Virus record (IMG/VR): IMGVR_UViG_3300045988_047031
Location: 1 to 61,038 of that record
Length of the DNA stretch: 61,038 nucleotides
Reading direction: 5' to 3' (one strand)
Source: a virus
Part shown: positions 44,143 through 53,200 of the stretch, piece after piece
Position numbering within the stretch: position 1 is the stretch's first letter
Layout of the letters: the number at the start of each line of letters is the position of its first letter
Notes under the pieces: generated by a model
Database searches by the model: none
Told to the model about the DNA's origin: nothing
What the model saw: the letters and a program-made list of their open reading frames with translations, nothing else
Made by a program: the position numbers and the translations under genes

Positions 44143-44462
44143 TGTCAGAAAGTACGGCACGTATCGCCCAAACCAAGAACCGTGAGTTGCGTCTTAAAAA
44201 GATGAACGACCTATCTTTTATTCATTTCATCACAACCGAAGCTGTTGTTTTGCTATATTTAACACAATATATGATGGAAACAGCTGAAGAATGGGTTGAC
44301 TGGTGTACTGAGGAGTATGGCGGTAATTGGTATTGTGGCCATAACTTTGCCCAACTAGGCGCAGACCATAAATCTTATATTGAAGAGTCAATCAAAAACG
44401 CAAATAAAATTCTTGATGAATTCATTATCGAAGGAGGATATGAACATGAAATTCAACCTTAA
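44142..44462 (+). CDS. hypothetical protein (106 aa)
   Basis: AAAGGAGGG RBS; ATG overlaps the previous stop. Confidence 0.7.
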   Translation: MSESTARIAQTKNRELRLKKMNDLSFIHFITTEAVVLLYLTQYMMETAEEWVDWCTEEYGGNWYCGHNFAQLGADHKSYIEESIKNANKILDEFIIEGGYEHEIQP

Positions 44463-44889
44463 AATCAAAAACCAAAATAAACTATTGTTGATTGTTGCTG
44501 CTATTGCTACTATTGGTGCCATTGCGTGTGGTGTATGGTATTTTATCCCTCACCCACCGCATGCAGATATTGTAACCTTGGAAGATGCTAAAGATTTCAA
44601 GAAAGCCGAAGACTGGTATAAGGTCACACGCTGGGAAGTTGTATCTGTTGATATGTCAGCTTATGATAAAAGTAAAGACGAATACGGCTTCTTCGGAAAG
44701 GTAACGCTTAAAGGGGCAGGAGACCCTGTATATGCCGCGCTTACCAAGAAAGATGGCGGCGAAGACTATTCTATAGAGGAAGGCGATGTTGTATATGCTA
44801 AAACCTCTAACCTCGAAAAGAATTTCCTATTCGGAAACATGGTTACAGGTGATATCTTATATATTGAAAAAGGAGGAGCGAAGAAATGA
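44446..44889 (+). CDS. N-terminally anchored/secreted protein (147 aa)
   Basis: GAAGGAGG 8 nt before ATG 44446; TM/signal LLLIVAAIATIGAIACGVWYF. Confidence 0.65.
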   Translation: MKFNLKIKNQNKLLLIVAAIATIGAIACGVWYFIPHPPHADIVTLEDAKDFKKAEDWYKVTRWEVVSVDMSAYDKSKDEYGFFGKVTLKGAGDPVYAALTKKDGGEDYSIEEGDVVYAKTSNLEKNFLFGNMVTGDILYIEKGGAKK

Positions 44890-45173
44890 GTAACGAAATT
44901 CTATTATTCCCTAACAATGTAATTCTGGTCAATGCTTTATACCATACAAGTATCGGCTACAACAGACAAGACGATACTGGTATCGCGCTTAATCTCACGC
45001 CTATCAGCGCTAATGACCATATCGAAGATGATTTGGATATCATGGAAGATATTGCAGAATATCTATTCCAACTATATTTGAAAGATCCTAAGATTGCAGC
45101 TAAAATCAAGCGACCACGTTATTACTATAACGACATGTATAAACGCTGGATTATCACATTTGAGTTTAAATAA
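44886..45173 (+). CDS. hypothetical protein (95 aa)
   Basis: ATGA overlap with the upstream gene; GGAGGAG RBS. Confidence 0.7.
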   Translation: MSNEILLFPNNVILVNALYHTSIGYNRQDDTGIALNLTPISANDHIEDDLDIMEDIAEYLFQLYLKDPKIAAKIKRPRYYYNDMYKRWIITFEFK

Positions 45174-45178
45174 AAATT

Positions 45179-45206
45179 TTTACATACCACTATATAGAAC
45201 AAATAA
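45179..45206 (+). promoter_or_regulatory. phage promoter-like element, copy h (tttacataccactatatagaacaaataa)
   Basis: same geometry. Confidence 0.55.
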
Positions 45207-45222
45207 AAAGGAGGACATTAAT

Positions 45223-45606
45223 ATGTCAAAAGTAAAACAATTGAAAGAAGCAGAAACTACTGAAGTTATTGAAAATGCAGAGGCTGTTGCCGGTAGCGTA
45301 TTTGAAAACTTGTCAGATGAAGAGAAGGCTAAGCTTCTTGCGATGGTTGACCAACAACCAGTTGTTGAAGAGAAACAAGGAAAAGCTAAACAAGCTTGGA
45401 ATTGGGTCAAATCTAACAAATGGAAAATTGGTGGAGCTATTGCAGGAGCTGCCCTTATCGGATTCCTTGGCAAGAAAGCGTACGATGCTGGTATGCCTGC
45501 AGAATTCGATGCTGATGTAATTGACGGCGACTATGAAATTGCTGAACTTGAAGAGTATGAAAATACTCCTGAAGTTGTTGAAGAGACGGAAGAGGTTGTA
45601 GAGTAA
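45223..45606 (+). CDS. acidic protein with central TM helix (127 aa)
   Basis: AAAAGGAGG RBS before ATG 45223; WKIGGAIAGAALIGFLG helix. Confidence 0.7.
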   Translation: MSKVKQLKEAETTEVIENAEAVAGSVFENLSDEEKAKLLAMVDQQPVVEEKQGKAKQAWNWVKSNKWKIGGAIAGAALIGFLGKKAYDAGMPAEFDADVIDGDYEIAELEEYENTPEVVEETEEVVE

Positions 45607-45632
45607 TCTACACTTCTTTCTTTTTTTTTTTT
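45597..45632 (+). terminator. short hairpin plus tacacttctttc-T12 element
   Basis: tgtaga-gtaa-tctaca; 24 nt identical to 43586-43609. Confidence 0.45.
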
Positions 45633-45645
45633 GAAGGAGAACTTG

Positions 45646-45888
45646 ATGAAGAAAACATATTTGGATAAATACCCATACGAATTGAAAAACATTGATGATA
45701 CGCATTGGTCTATTCTGATTGACCCACTTGACCACCAAGCCGCTACCGACTTGGTTCTGAATTTTGGGCGTACAGATAACCGCGTTTCTATTGAAGGCAT
45801 GGCACTTAAAGTCAAGAGCCACAAGACGGTTCTTTCTAAATACGAAGATGGGATGCAAGCTATTCTTATCTCTGCCTATATTCTTTAA
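45646..45888 (+). CDS. hypothetical protein (80 aa)
   Basis: GAAGGAG RBS before ATG 45646. Confidence 0.65.
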   Translation: MKKTYLDKYPYELKNIDDTHWSILIDPLDHQAATDLVLNFGRTDNRVSIEGMALKVKSHKTVLSKYEDGMQAILISAYIL

Positions 45889-45892
45889 AATT

Positions 45893-45920
45893 TTTACCAT
45901 GCACTATATAGAAAGGAGAC
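45893..45920 (+). promoter_or_regulatory. phage promoter-like element, copy i (tttaccatgcactatatagaaaggagac)
   Basis: same geometry, but not followed by an ORF. Confidence 0.5.
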
Positions 45921-46024
45921 TCCTTGGAGTACTTGGTGTACGATGAGAGCACATGAGTAATTGCAAGGCGCCGGTTTGATTCCGGCAGGAAACAAGGAAA
46001 GTCTACTTTCATTTTTTTTTTTTT
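45909..46024 (+). ncRNA. candidate small structured RNA (about 100-115 nt)
   Basis: promoter element i upstream and T13 tract downstream, with no ORF longer than 5 codons. A 15-bp closing helix (45911-45926 with 45993-46010) and a T-arm-like hairpin gccgg-tttgatt-ccggc (45970-45986). Confidence 0.3.
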
Positions 46025-46038
46025 GAAAAGGAGAACAT

Positions 46039-46716
46039 ATGACCGAAACTAACTACAACGACATTCAAGCTACGAATGTTGCTAAGCCTCAAGAAGCTGC
46101 ACCCAACGATGGAAAAGTTGATGTGGCTCAGCGTCAACCGAAGAAAGCGCTTGTTAGCTCTTCTACCGAACCACTCAAGCCAAGCCTGATGACTCGATTG
46201 GTTAAAGGTATTATTGGTCCTAATGGTATACGTGCTATTTTCGGATATCTTGGTCGTGAGGTTATTGTGCCTGCGATTAAGGATACGGTTGTAAACTCAA
46301 TCACAACAGGTGTGAACATGGCTGCTTATGGCGAAGACCGTGGTCGATATAACAACTCGCCTGGTTGGAATAACTCTATGCGTAGTAGTGGCGTTCAAGG
46401 TAGTCGTACCTACACAAACTACTCAAGTGCATATCATCCAACAAGCGTTATTGAACCACAACCTGTAAACAATCCTGGCCGTGTCAAGGAAATCTACCTG
46501 TTCACCCACAATGACGCTAAGGTCGTCTTAGATAGCCTTAATAGCGATATTATGAACTATGGTTATGCCCGTCTTGCTGACTACTATGATTATGCAGGTC
46601 AGCCTAGCACAAATTACACGGACAACTCATATGGTTGGAGAAACCTAAATAGTGTCCGTATCATTCCTGTCCGCGGTAAATACACACTTGCTTTGCCGCC
46701 TGTAGAAGTTATTTAA
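46039..46716 (+). CDS. hypothetical protein (225 aa)
   Basis: AAAAGGAGA RBS. Confidence 0.75.
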   Translation: MTETNYNDIQATNVAKPQEAAPNDGKVDVAQRQPKKALVSSSTEPLKPSLMTRLVKGIIGPNGIRAIFGYLGREVIVPAIKDTVVNSITTGVNMAAYGEDRGRYNNSPGWNNSMRSSGVQGSRTYTNYSSAYHPTSVIEPQPVNNPGRVKEIYLFTHNDAKVVLDSLNSDIMNYGYARLADYYDYAGQPSTNYTDNSYGWRNLNSVRIIPVRGKYTLALPPVEVI

Positions 46717-46732
46717 GAAAAGGAGAAATATA

Positions 46733-46864
46733 ATGAACAAGAAATTTTTACTTAATGCTGTTAAAATCGTTGCTTTTGGTGTAGTGCCATTTATGGTTGA
46801 AAACGGAAAGAAAGCTCTAGACAAAGCACTTGAAGCTACTGAAAAGGCGGCTAAGGAGGACTAA
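46733..46864 (+). CDS. micro-ORF, 43 aa
   Basis: AAAAGGAGA RBS; MNKKFLLNAVKIVAFGVVPFMVENGKKALDKALEATEKAAKED. Confidence 0.55.
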   Translation: MNKKFLLNAVKIVAFGVVPFMVENGKKALDKALEATEKAAKED

Positions 46865-46865
46865 T

Positions 46866-46997
46866 ATGTTAAGTCTTATTTTAACTATTTTATTCTTTGC
46901 CTTACTTGGCTTCATCGCGTATCTTATTATTAAGTTCGCGTTTGTTATTGGTTTATTCAGTATTGCATGCTGGATTGCGGATAAGTTATTTAAATAA
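46866..46997 (+). CDS. micro-ORF, 43-aa double-TM peptide
   Basis: AAGGAGGA 5 nt before the ATG; MLSLILTILFFALLGFIAYLIIKFAFVIGLFSIACWIADKLFK. Confidence 0.55.
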   Translation: MLSLILTILFFALLGFIAYLIIKFAFVIGLFSIACWIADKLFK

Positions 46998-47016
46998 AAA
47001 AGGAGTATTTTACACT

Positions 47017-47883
47017 ATGGCTAAATGGAATTTGGAAACATTTAAAGAAAACATGGAAGTTCTTGCATTTAATTACAAGAAGAAAGAACCGCTTATTATG
47101 GTCGCTGCTGGGCTCTTCGGTTTCGGCGTTACTGCTGTCCTTGCATATAAGGCGAAAGACAAGATCAACACCATTGTTGAAGATGTTGAATATCTGCGTG
47201 AAAATGATATGCCGGTACCTGTTGGTGATACAATTCTGCGTACTACAAAGGCGCTAGCACCAGCTATCACTGTTGGCGCATTGTCTACCGCCGCTATCCT
47301 ACGTTCTTACCATGTCCTAACAGGACGTAATGCACTGCTCGCTTCTGCCCTTGCAACTGCTACTCAGGCCAACCATCGTCTACGTAAGCAAATCCGGGAA
47401 CAATATCCCGATGACCCTAATGCGCAATTTATCGGCGAACGTCAAGAAACGCTAGCTGGCCCAGAAGAAGAAGGTAAGGAAAATCCTAAGAAAGTTACCA
47501 CTGTTACTGCTGACGAAGCCCAATGGATGGAGTACACACTATTCAACAAATCCGCTGAGTTTGCGAAAGACGACTTGAACTACAACCAAATGTTCATCGC
47601 ATCAATCGACAACGCGTTAAGTGAAAAGCTGCGCCGCCAAGGCTTCCTGACCTTGACAACCGTGTATGACGCACTGAAAATCCCACTCACTCGTCCACAA
47701 CGCCGTGCTGGATCTGAGCTTGGCTGGACTGACCATGACTTATTTGCACTTGACACTCATGTGGTTATGGTGCGTGATGAAAATGGCTACGCATATCCTG
47801 TACCTGTAGTCGAATTTGAACCTGTCCGTGATATCACATCAAGCGTAGACTATGCTAGTGATATTTCTGACTACTTTATCTAA
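47017..47883 (+). CDS. N-terminally membrane-anchored protein (288 aa)
   Basis: AAAAAGGAG RBS before ATG 47017; the ORF-track extension from 46897 overlaps the micro-ORF; TM LIMVAAGLFGFGVTAVLAY. Confidence 0.7.
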   Translation: MAKWNLETFKENMEVLAFNYKKKEPLIMVAAGLFGFGVTAVLAYKAKDKINTIVEDVEYLRENDMPVPVGDTILRTTKALAPAITVGALSTAAILRSYHVLTGRNALLASALATATQANHRLRKQIREQYPDDPNAQFIGERQETLAGPEEEGKENPKKVTTVTADEAQWMEYTLFNKSAEFAKDDLNYNQMFIASIDNALSEKLRRQGFLTLTTVYDALKIPLTRPQRRAGSELGWTDHDLFALDTHVVMVRDENGYAYPVPVVEFEPVRDITSSVDYASDISDYFI

Positions 47884-47897
47884 AAAGGAGAACAAAT

Positions 47898-48545
47898 ATG
47901 AAAACATCTGACGCTATCAAAATCGGAGCTGGCATTTTCGGGGTTATTAACCTCGTTTATGTCGGTTATTCTTTGGTTAAGAACTACAAGGATTACAAGA
48001 ACCAAGAAGGCATCTACGCTCCTGAAGAAGAGCCTGTAACCGCTCAAATCGACTTGTTTGACGGAATGGAAGCTGGGCTTGAAGAAGTTGAGCCTGAAAT
48101 CGTTGTTGAAAAGAAACCTAAACGCAAAATCAAGAAATCTGTATGGATTGGTGTAGGTCTCTTCTCTGCTGTTGTTATTGGTGGATATTGCTATGGATTT
48201 AAATCTGGTTACCGCAACCATAAGAAATATGCTGATGAATTAATCAAAACATATGATGAAGTTGCTGAAGGTAAGGATGCTCTTGTATCCAAACTAGAAG
48301 AACGTCTTGAAAATGCAGAAGTTGCAACCGAGCGCATTACATCTAACGCCCTTGATATGCTATTACCAGATCATATGGAAACTCGCTGGGTAACATTTGA
48401 CAACGAACATATGCGTGCTCATTCCCACTACACTCCTAAGGTAACTGACGACTTGTCTGCAGAGGATATCGATACCGCGGTTAAGTCTATGTGGGAAAAG
48501 CTCTACGAGCCTGTAGTAGTCGTACCTGCTGTAGAAGAAGCTTAA
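47898..48545 (+). CDS. membrane protein (215 aa, two TM)
   Basis: AAAAGGAGA RBS. Confidence 0.75.
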   Translation: MKTSDAIKIGAGIFGVINLVYVGYSLVKNYKDYKNQEGIYAPEEEPVTAQIDLFDGMEAGLEEVEPEIVVEKKPKRKIKKSVWIGVGLFSAVVIGGYCYGFKSGYRNHKKYADELIKTYDEVAEGKDALVSKLEERLENAEVATERITSNALDMLLPDHMETRWVTFDNEHMRAHSHYTPKVTDDLSAEDIDTAVKSMWEKLYEPVVVVPAVEEA

Positions 48546-48630
48546 TCTTATTTAGGATATAGAGAGTAAAGGACTAGGCCGGACAACTTCGAGATTCCCG
48601 GTCTTCCACTGTATCCTCAGGAGGTATAAC

Positions 48631-48813
48631 ATGAGCGATATCACAATCGGGCTACAAAGCCAAGAAAAAGTCGTACTTAATTACGATGAAGATAATGGTA
48701 AATTCTCAGTCGCTGTTGAGGATAATTATGACTCAACAATGAGTGTAGAATTAACTGAAGAAGAACTTAACATGGTTAAAGGTTGTATCCAAGCCATTCT
48801 TGAAAGGAAGTAA
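48631..48813 (+). CDS. hypothetical protein (60 aa)
   Basis: CAGGAGG RBS. Confidence 0.65.
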   Translation: MSDITIGLQSQEKVVLNYDEDNGKFSVAVEDNYDSTMSVELTEEELNMVKGCIQAILERK

Positions 48814-48814
48814 T

Positions 48815-49996
48815 ATGAATAAGGAAAAAGCACTTATCGGTATTGGTATCGGTACTGCGCTTGTTGGTTTGGGTTTCTTTGCGTACAAGTTTATCAAAGA
48901 AACTAAACGACAAATCGCCGAAATCAAAGAAGAAGCCGAACGCGAAAAAGACGAACTTAGGGATATTATTGCTAATAAGGACGTCCAACTTGAACTTATG
49001 GATGAAAACTTGTCCCAACTAACCTCAGGGACTATTGACGAAAACTGGGCGATTAATGAAGCGACGATGGCTCAAGAAAACGCAGAGCTTGAAGAAATGC
49101 GTGCTCGTCAACAACGCAATATTTTCACGGACAATCCGGAGGCTGCCGATATCCACTCTCCCAGTGAGGAAGAAGATTATCATGCAGGCGCTCAACAAAC
49201 AGCAGAAGAAGAAGTTGTCCACCATAATGTCTGGCAAGAAAACGAATACTTTAATACAGGAGAAGCTGATATCCCGTATTTCATCATCGAATCAGCTAAA
49301 GAATTGAAAGGAAATGAAGGACAATCAATGCGACACGACACAGACCCTAACAGTGTAGCGGCCTGGGAACAATACAAAGCCGTAATGATTAGCGAGCTTT
49401 ATGATGACGGCCCTACAGTAGCAAACGATACTTCCAACCGGTATAATTTAGGTATCCTTGTTACAACATCAAACCTCGATGCAATTATCGACCGCTTCTC
49501 ACAACTACTTGAAGTGAACGACACTAAGGTGGTGCAACCTTATAATGCGTTTGACAACAATATCTTTGAGGAAGTTTACGAACGCCGTGAAGACTTCTTT
49601 GGCCCAGACGCATATTACTCAACCACACAATTCCCAGTATCCTTTGGTGAAATCCTTTACGAATTCGCTCAGAAATTTGTAGGTGATACTGAAGCAGGAA
49701 CTCCGCTCGCATTTATTACTTATATGATGCATGAGTCTGGTATCCTTGACTGCGAAAATATCGAACAACAACTTCTCGTAATCTCTAAGATTATGGAACA
49801 CCGTAACGTTCAGAATATCGGTAACGGTATGAAGAAACTCGGTATGTTCGGTATGGTTGTAGACAGTGGAGTTGCAGAACTTACAGGACACGACATTCGC
49901 TTATTCACAGAATACAATGAATTCATTGGCCGCGCTTCAACATTTGAAGAAGTATGGAAGGAGCAAAACGGCTTCGACGATGACGACGAATATTAA
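48815..49996 (+). CDS. N-terminally membrane-anchored acidic protein (393 aa)
   Basis: ATG 48815 after AAAGGAAG; TM ALIGIGIGTALVGLGFFAY. Confidence 0.75.
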   Translation: MNKEKALIGIGIGTALVGLGFFAYKFIKETKRQIAEIKEEAEREKDELRDIIANKDVQLELMDENLSQLTSGTIDENWAINEATMAQENAELEEMRARQQRNIFTDNPEAADIHSPSEEEDYHAGAQQTAEEEVVHHNVWQENEYFNTGEADIPYFIIESAKELKGNEGQSMRHDTDPNSVAAWEQYKAVMISELYDDGPTVANDTSNRYNLGILVTTSNLDAIIDRFSQLLEVNDTKVVQPYNAFDNNIFEEVYERREDFFGPDAYYSTTQFPVSFGEILYEFAQKFVGDTEAGTPLAFITYMMHESGILDCENIEQQLLVISKIMEHRNVQNIGNGMKKLGMFGMVVDSGVAELTGHDIRLFTEYNEFIGRASTFEEVWKEQNGFDDDDEY

Positions 49997-50007
49997 GGCG
50001 GTGTCGT

Positions 50008-50220
50008 ATGGAAAAGGAGTATATTGAAGTAACATATTCCTTTACCGGTGATGATTATGTTAAGGAAGTCATCCCTGCTGAGCAGTACAAGGCATTCAAG
50101 GAAGCATTTCTTAACAATGGCGTATTTATATTTGAGTACGACCGTAAATCACCAACTCATCGCTCAGGCTTGAATATGAAAATGATTGATATGTCCAAGG
50201 TTGTTTGGATAGGATATTAG
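50008..50220 (+). CDS. hypothetical protein (70 aa)
   Basis: ORF between two well-supported genes. Confidence 0.6.
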   Translation: MEKEYIEVTYSFTGDDYVKEVIPAEQYKAFKEAFLNNGVFIFEYDRKSPTHRSGLNMKMIDMSKVVWIGY

Positions 50221-50231
50221 AGGAGTATTAT

Positions 50232-53200
50232 ATGACGGACAGAAAACCGGATTTCTTCAATATTACAGTTGAGGAATTATCTGGCCCAAATCGTAAAGCC
50301 GATGCCGTTATTTCCGCTGATTTCACATATCTAGATAACCAAGGAGGAGACGTTAAGGATATTGTTGTAAAAGGTGGTAGCTTTTATGCTATGTGGACTG
50401 GAGAGAACTGGTCAATGGAAAAGAACGATGTTGTTCGTGTTGTTGACCAATATATCTCACACAAGTTCCACGAGCTTAAAGCGCAAGGTTATGAACGAGT
50501 ATCTGTTAAATTTATGCAAAACGCAGGCTCAGGTCTTATGCGTAATTTCGTCAAGTATTGTGAAGACGCACCCGAGTCCATGCAGGTATTTAATAGTAAA
50601 ATCTTATTCCAAAACCACAACGTTGTCAGAGAAGATTATTCTACTTTCCAACTACCTTATACACCAACTCCTCAACCAACTCCTGCATTTGACGAGCTTT
50701 CTTCTGTCTTATATGCGCCAGACCAACTCGATAAAATCTTGTGGTGTTTGGGTGCCTTATTTACAGGAGAGATTGTTAATATTGAGAAATTCTTATTCTT
50801 ATATGGCCCAGCGGGAACCGGTAAAGGAACAATAATTAAAATCATCGAGATGCTGCTTGGGCAATATATCGGTGGTATCGACTTGAAACAACTTACGAGC
50901 GGTTCCGAGTATGCAACAGGGACTCTACAAGAGCTACCTTTGTTGATTGACTCGGATACAGACTTGAGTCGTATTAAGAACGATACCCCATTGCTTAAGG
51001 TTACATCTCATGAAGAAGTATTTGTACGTAAGTTATATCAAAGACCATATCCCGTGACGTTTAAAGGTCTTATCATCACTGCATCAAACCAACGTGCACA
51101 ATTCCGTGATTCAGACTCTGGTATTGTCAGACGTCTACTTAAGGCGGTACCAACAGGTCATCTTATCGCTGGCCCAAGGTATAAAGAACTGATGAATAAC
51201 ATCCAGTTTGAGTTAGCTGGAATTGCACAAAAATCTATTGATGTATTTTCTCGTCTAGGAGCATTCCATTACGCCAACGACGTCGATATTGAGATGCTTG
51301 AATACGGAGACTCTATATTTGAGTTTGTCCGTGAGAATGTGTTGATGATGAAAGACGACCCAACCTTATCTGAAGTAGAACTACTCTATAAGGCTATGCT
51401 CGAAGATAGGGGCTGGGAGACTAACGGATATAAGAACCGTCTGCGACTAGGCTTACAGCGATTTTTCGAAACATATACCAAAGACACTAAAGATAGCGAA
51501 GGAAATCGAAAACGTGATTGGTATAGAGGTTTCAAATACGAAGAGGCATTTCCTGAAACAAAAGCTAAACCTGTTAGTGAGGATAAACCTAAGATTGACT
51601 TGACAATGGGTCGAGAAACATCTAGGTTTGATATTGAGGGTCGTGATTGGCCTGCTCAATATACTAACAAGGACGGGAACCCTCTGAAGAAGTGGGACTC
51701 GGTAACAACGACGTTAAAAGATATCGACCCCACTCAATTACACTTTGTCCGTGTTCCAACCGAACATATTATAATTGACTTCGATGCTAAGAACGAGAAC
51801 GGCGAGAAAGACCTTGCTAAGAACCTCGAACTGGCATCCGGATATCCTCCAACTTATACAGAAGTATCTAAGTCTGGTGGTGGCGTCCATCTACATTATT
51901 GGTATGATGGCGACCCTACTAAGCTAGCTACACGTATTTCTGACGACATTGAAATTAAGGTGTTTAATGGCGGGGCTTCCTTGCGTAGAAAACTCATATC
52001 TGCCAACGACCTACCAGTTGCTCATATTTCAAGCGGTCTACCACTCAAGGAGGAGAAGAAGTCAATGTATAAAGATGTTGAACACATTATGTGGACAGAG
52101 AAAAAACTTCTTGATTTCATTGACGCATGTCTCCGAAAAGAACACCATGGGGCAACGGCGCCTGAAGTATCATTTATAGCAAAGGTACTAGATGATGCAT
52201 ATGAAGCTGGTGTTATTTATGATTTGCGACATAAACAACAAGAAGTATTACGGTTTGCACTCAAGTCAACCAACCAAGCGCAACAATGTTTGAAGATGGT
52301 TTCTGAGATGCATTTCCATAGAGTTCCTGATGATGAGAACGAATCTTATTCTGAAGGCCTCATTCTACCTGATGAAGATATCGTATTCTTTGACTCGGAA
52401 GTATTCTGCAACCTGTATATGTTAGGTTGGAAGAAATACGGTTTGGACGTCCCCGAATCAATCTACAAAGGTCTCGAAGATTGTACTACTCTAACTGAGA
52501 TTGAGACCATCTTGGTTAATGAGTGGTGGGCAACACACGAGAAAGAAATCGGTATTGAAATCAACCCTACACCTAAACGCGTATGTCATTTATTTGACAC
52601 ATATCCTATGGTCGGCTTCAACAACCTTGGATATGATAACCATATTGCTTATGGTCGTATGCAGGGTGATGATGAAATGGAATGTTATAAACGTTCTCAA
52701 GGCATTATCGAGAAGCGTGATAAACGTGCTAAAATCTGGGCGGCTAACGATATCTCATATGCGGATATCTACGAGTTCCTAGACACTAAGATGTCATTGA
52801 AGAAATGGCAGATTAAACTAGGGCTCCGCCACGATGAGTTCGAATATGACTGGACTAAACCTCTCCCTGAGCATGCATGGGGTCGTTGTGCGGCATATAT
52901 GCTTAACGACGTAACTTCAGAGGAAGAACTGTTCAAATCTAAAGACGGACAAGATGCATGGGCCGCTCGTAAAGTCTTGGCTGAAATCAACGGTCTTTCA
53001 CCTAATGTTAAGACTCAGACGCAAGCTGAGAAATTCTTATTTGGAGATGACCCGAACCCTCAAGATAAGTTCAACTGGTATGATTTGTCTAAGGAATTCC
53101 CAGGTTATACATTTGATAAATTCAAGAAGAAATCTGAATATCTTGGAGAAGACCCATCTGAAGGTGGTTATGTCCATGCCGAACCTGGTGTATATAAGAA

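Noticed and set aside
45970-45986. tRNA gene, suggested by the T-arm-like gccgg-tttgatt-ccggc
   Set aside because: The 7 nt after the T stem (aggaaac) have no complementary 5' acceptor strand at tRNA distance. No D-arm or anticodon-arm register could be built. The alternative acceptor pairing leaves a 14-nt gap after the T arm.
48546-48630. Extra copy of the promoter-like element at tttaggatatagagagtaaagg
   Set aside because: It contains TATAGAGAG but lacks TTTACA at the fixed -10-nt offset, so it does not align with the 13-member family.
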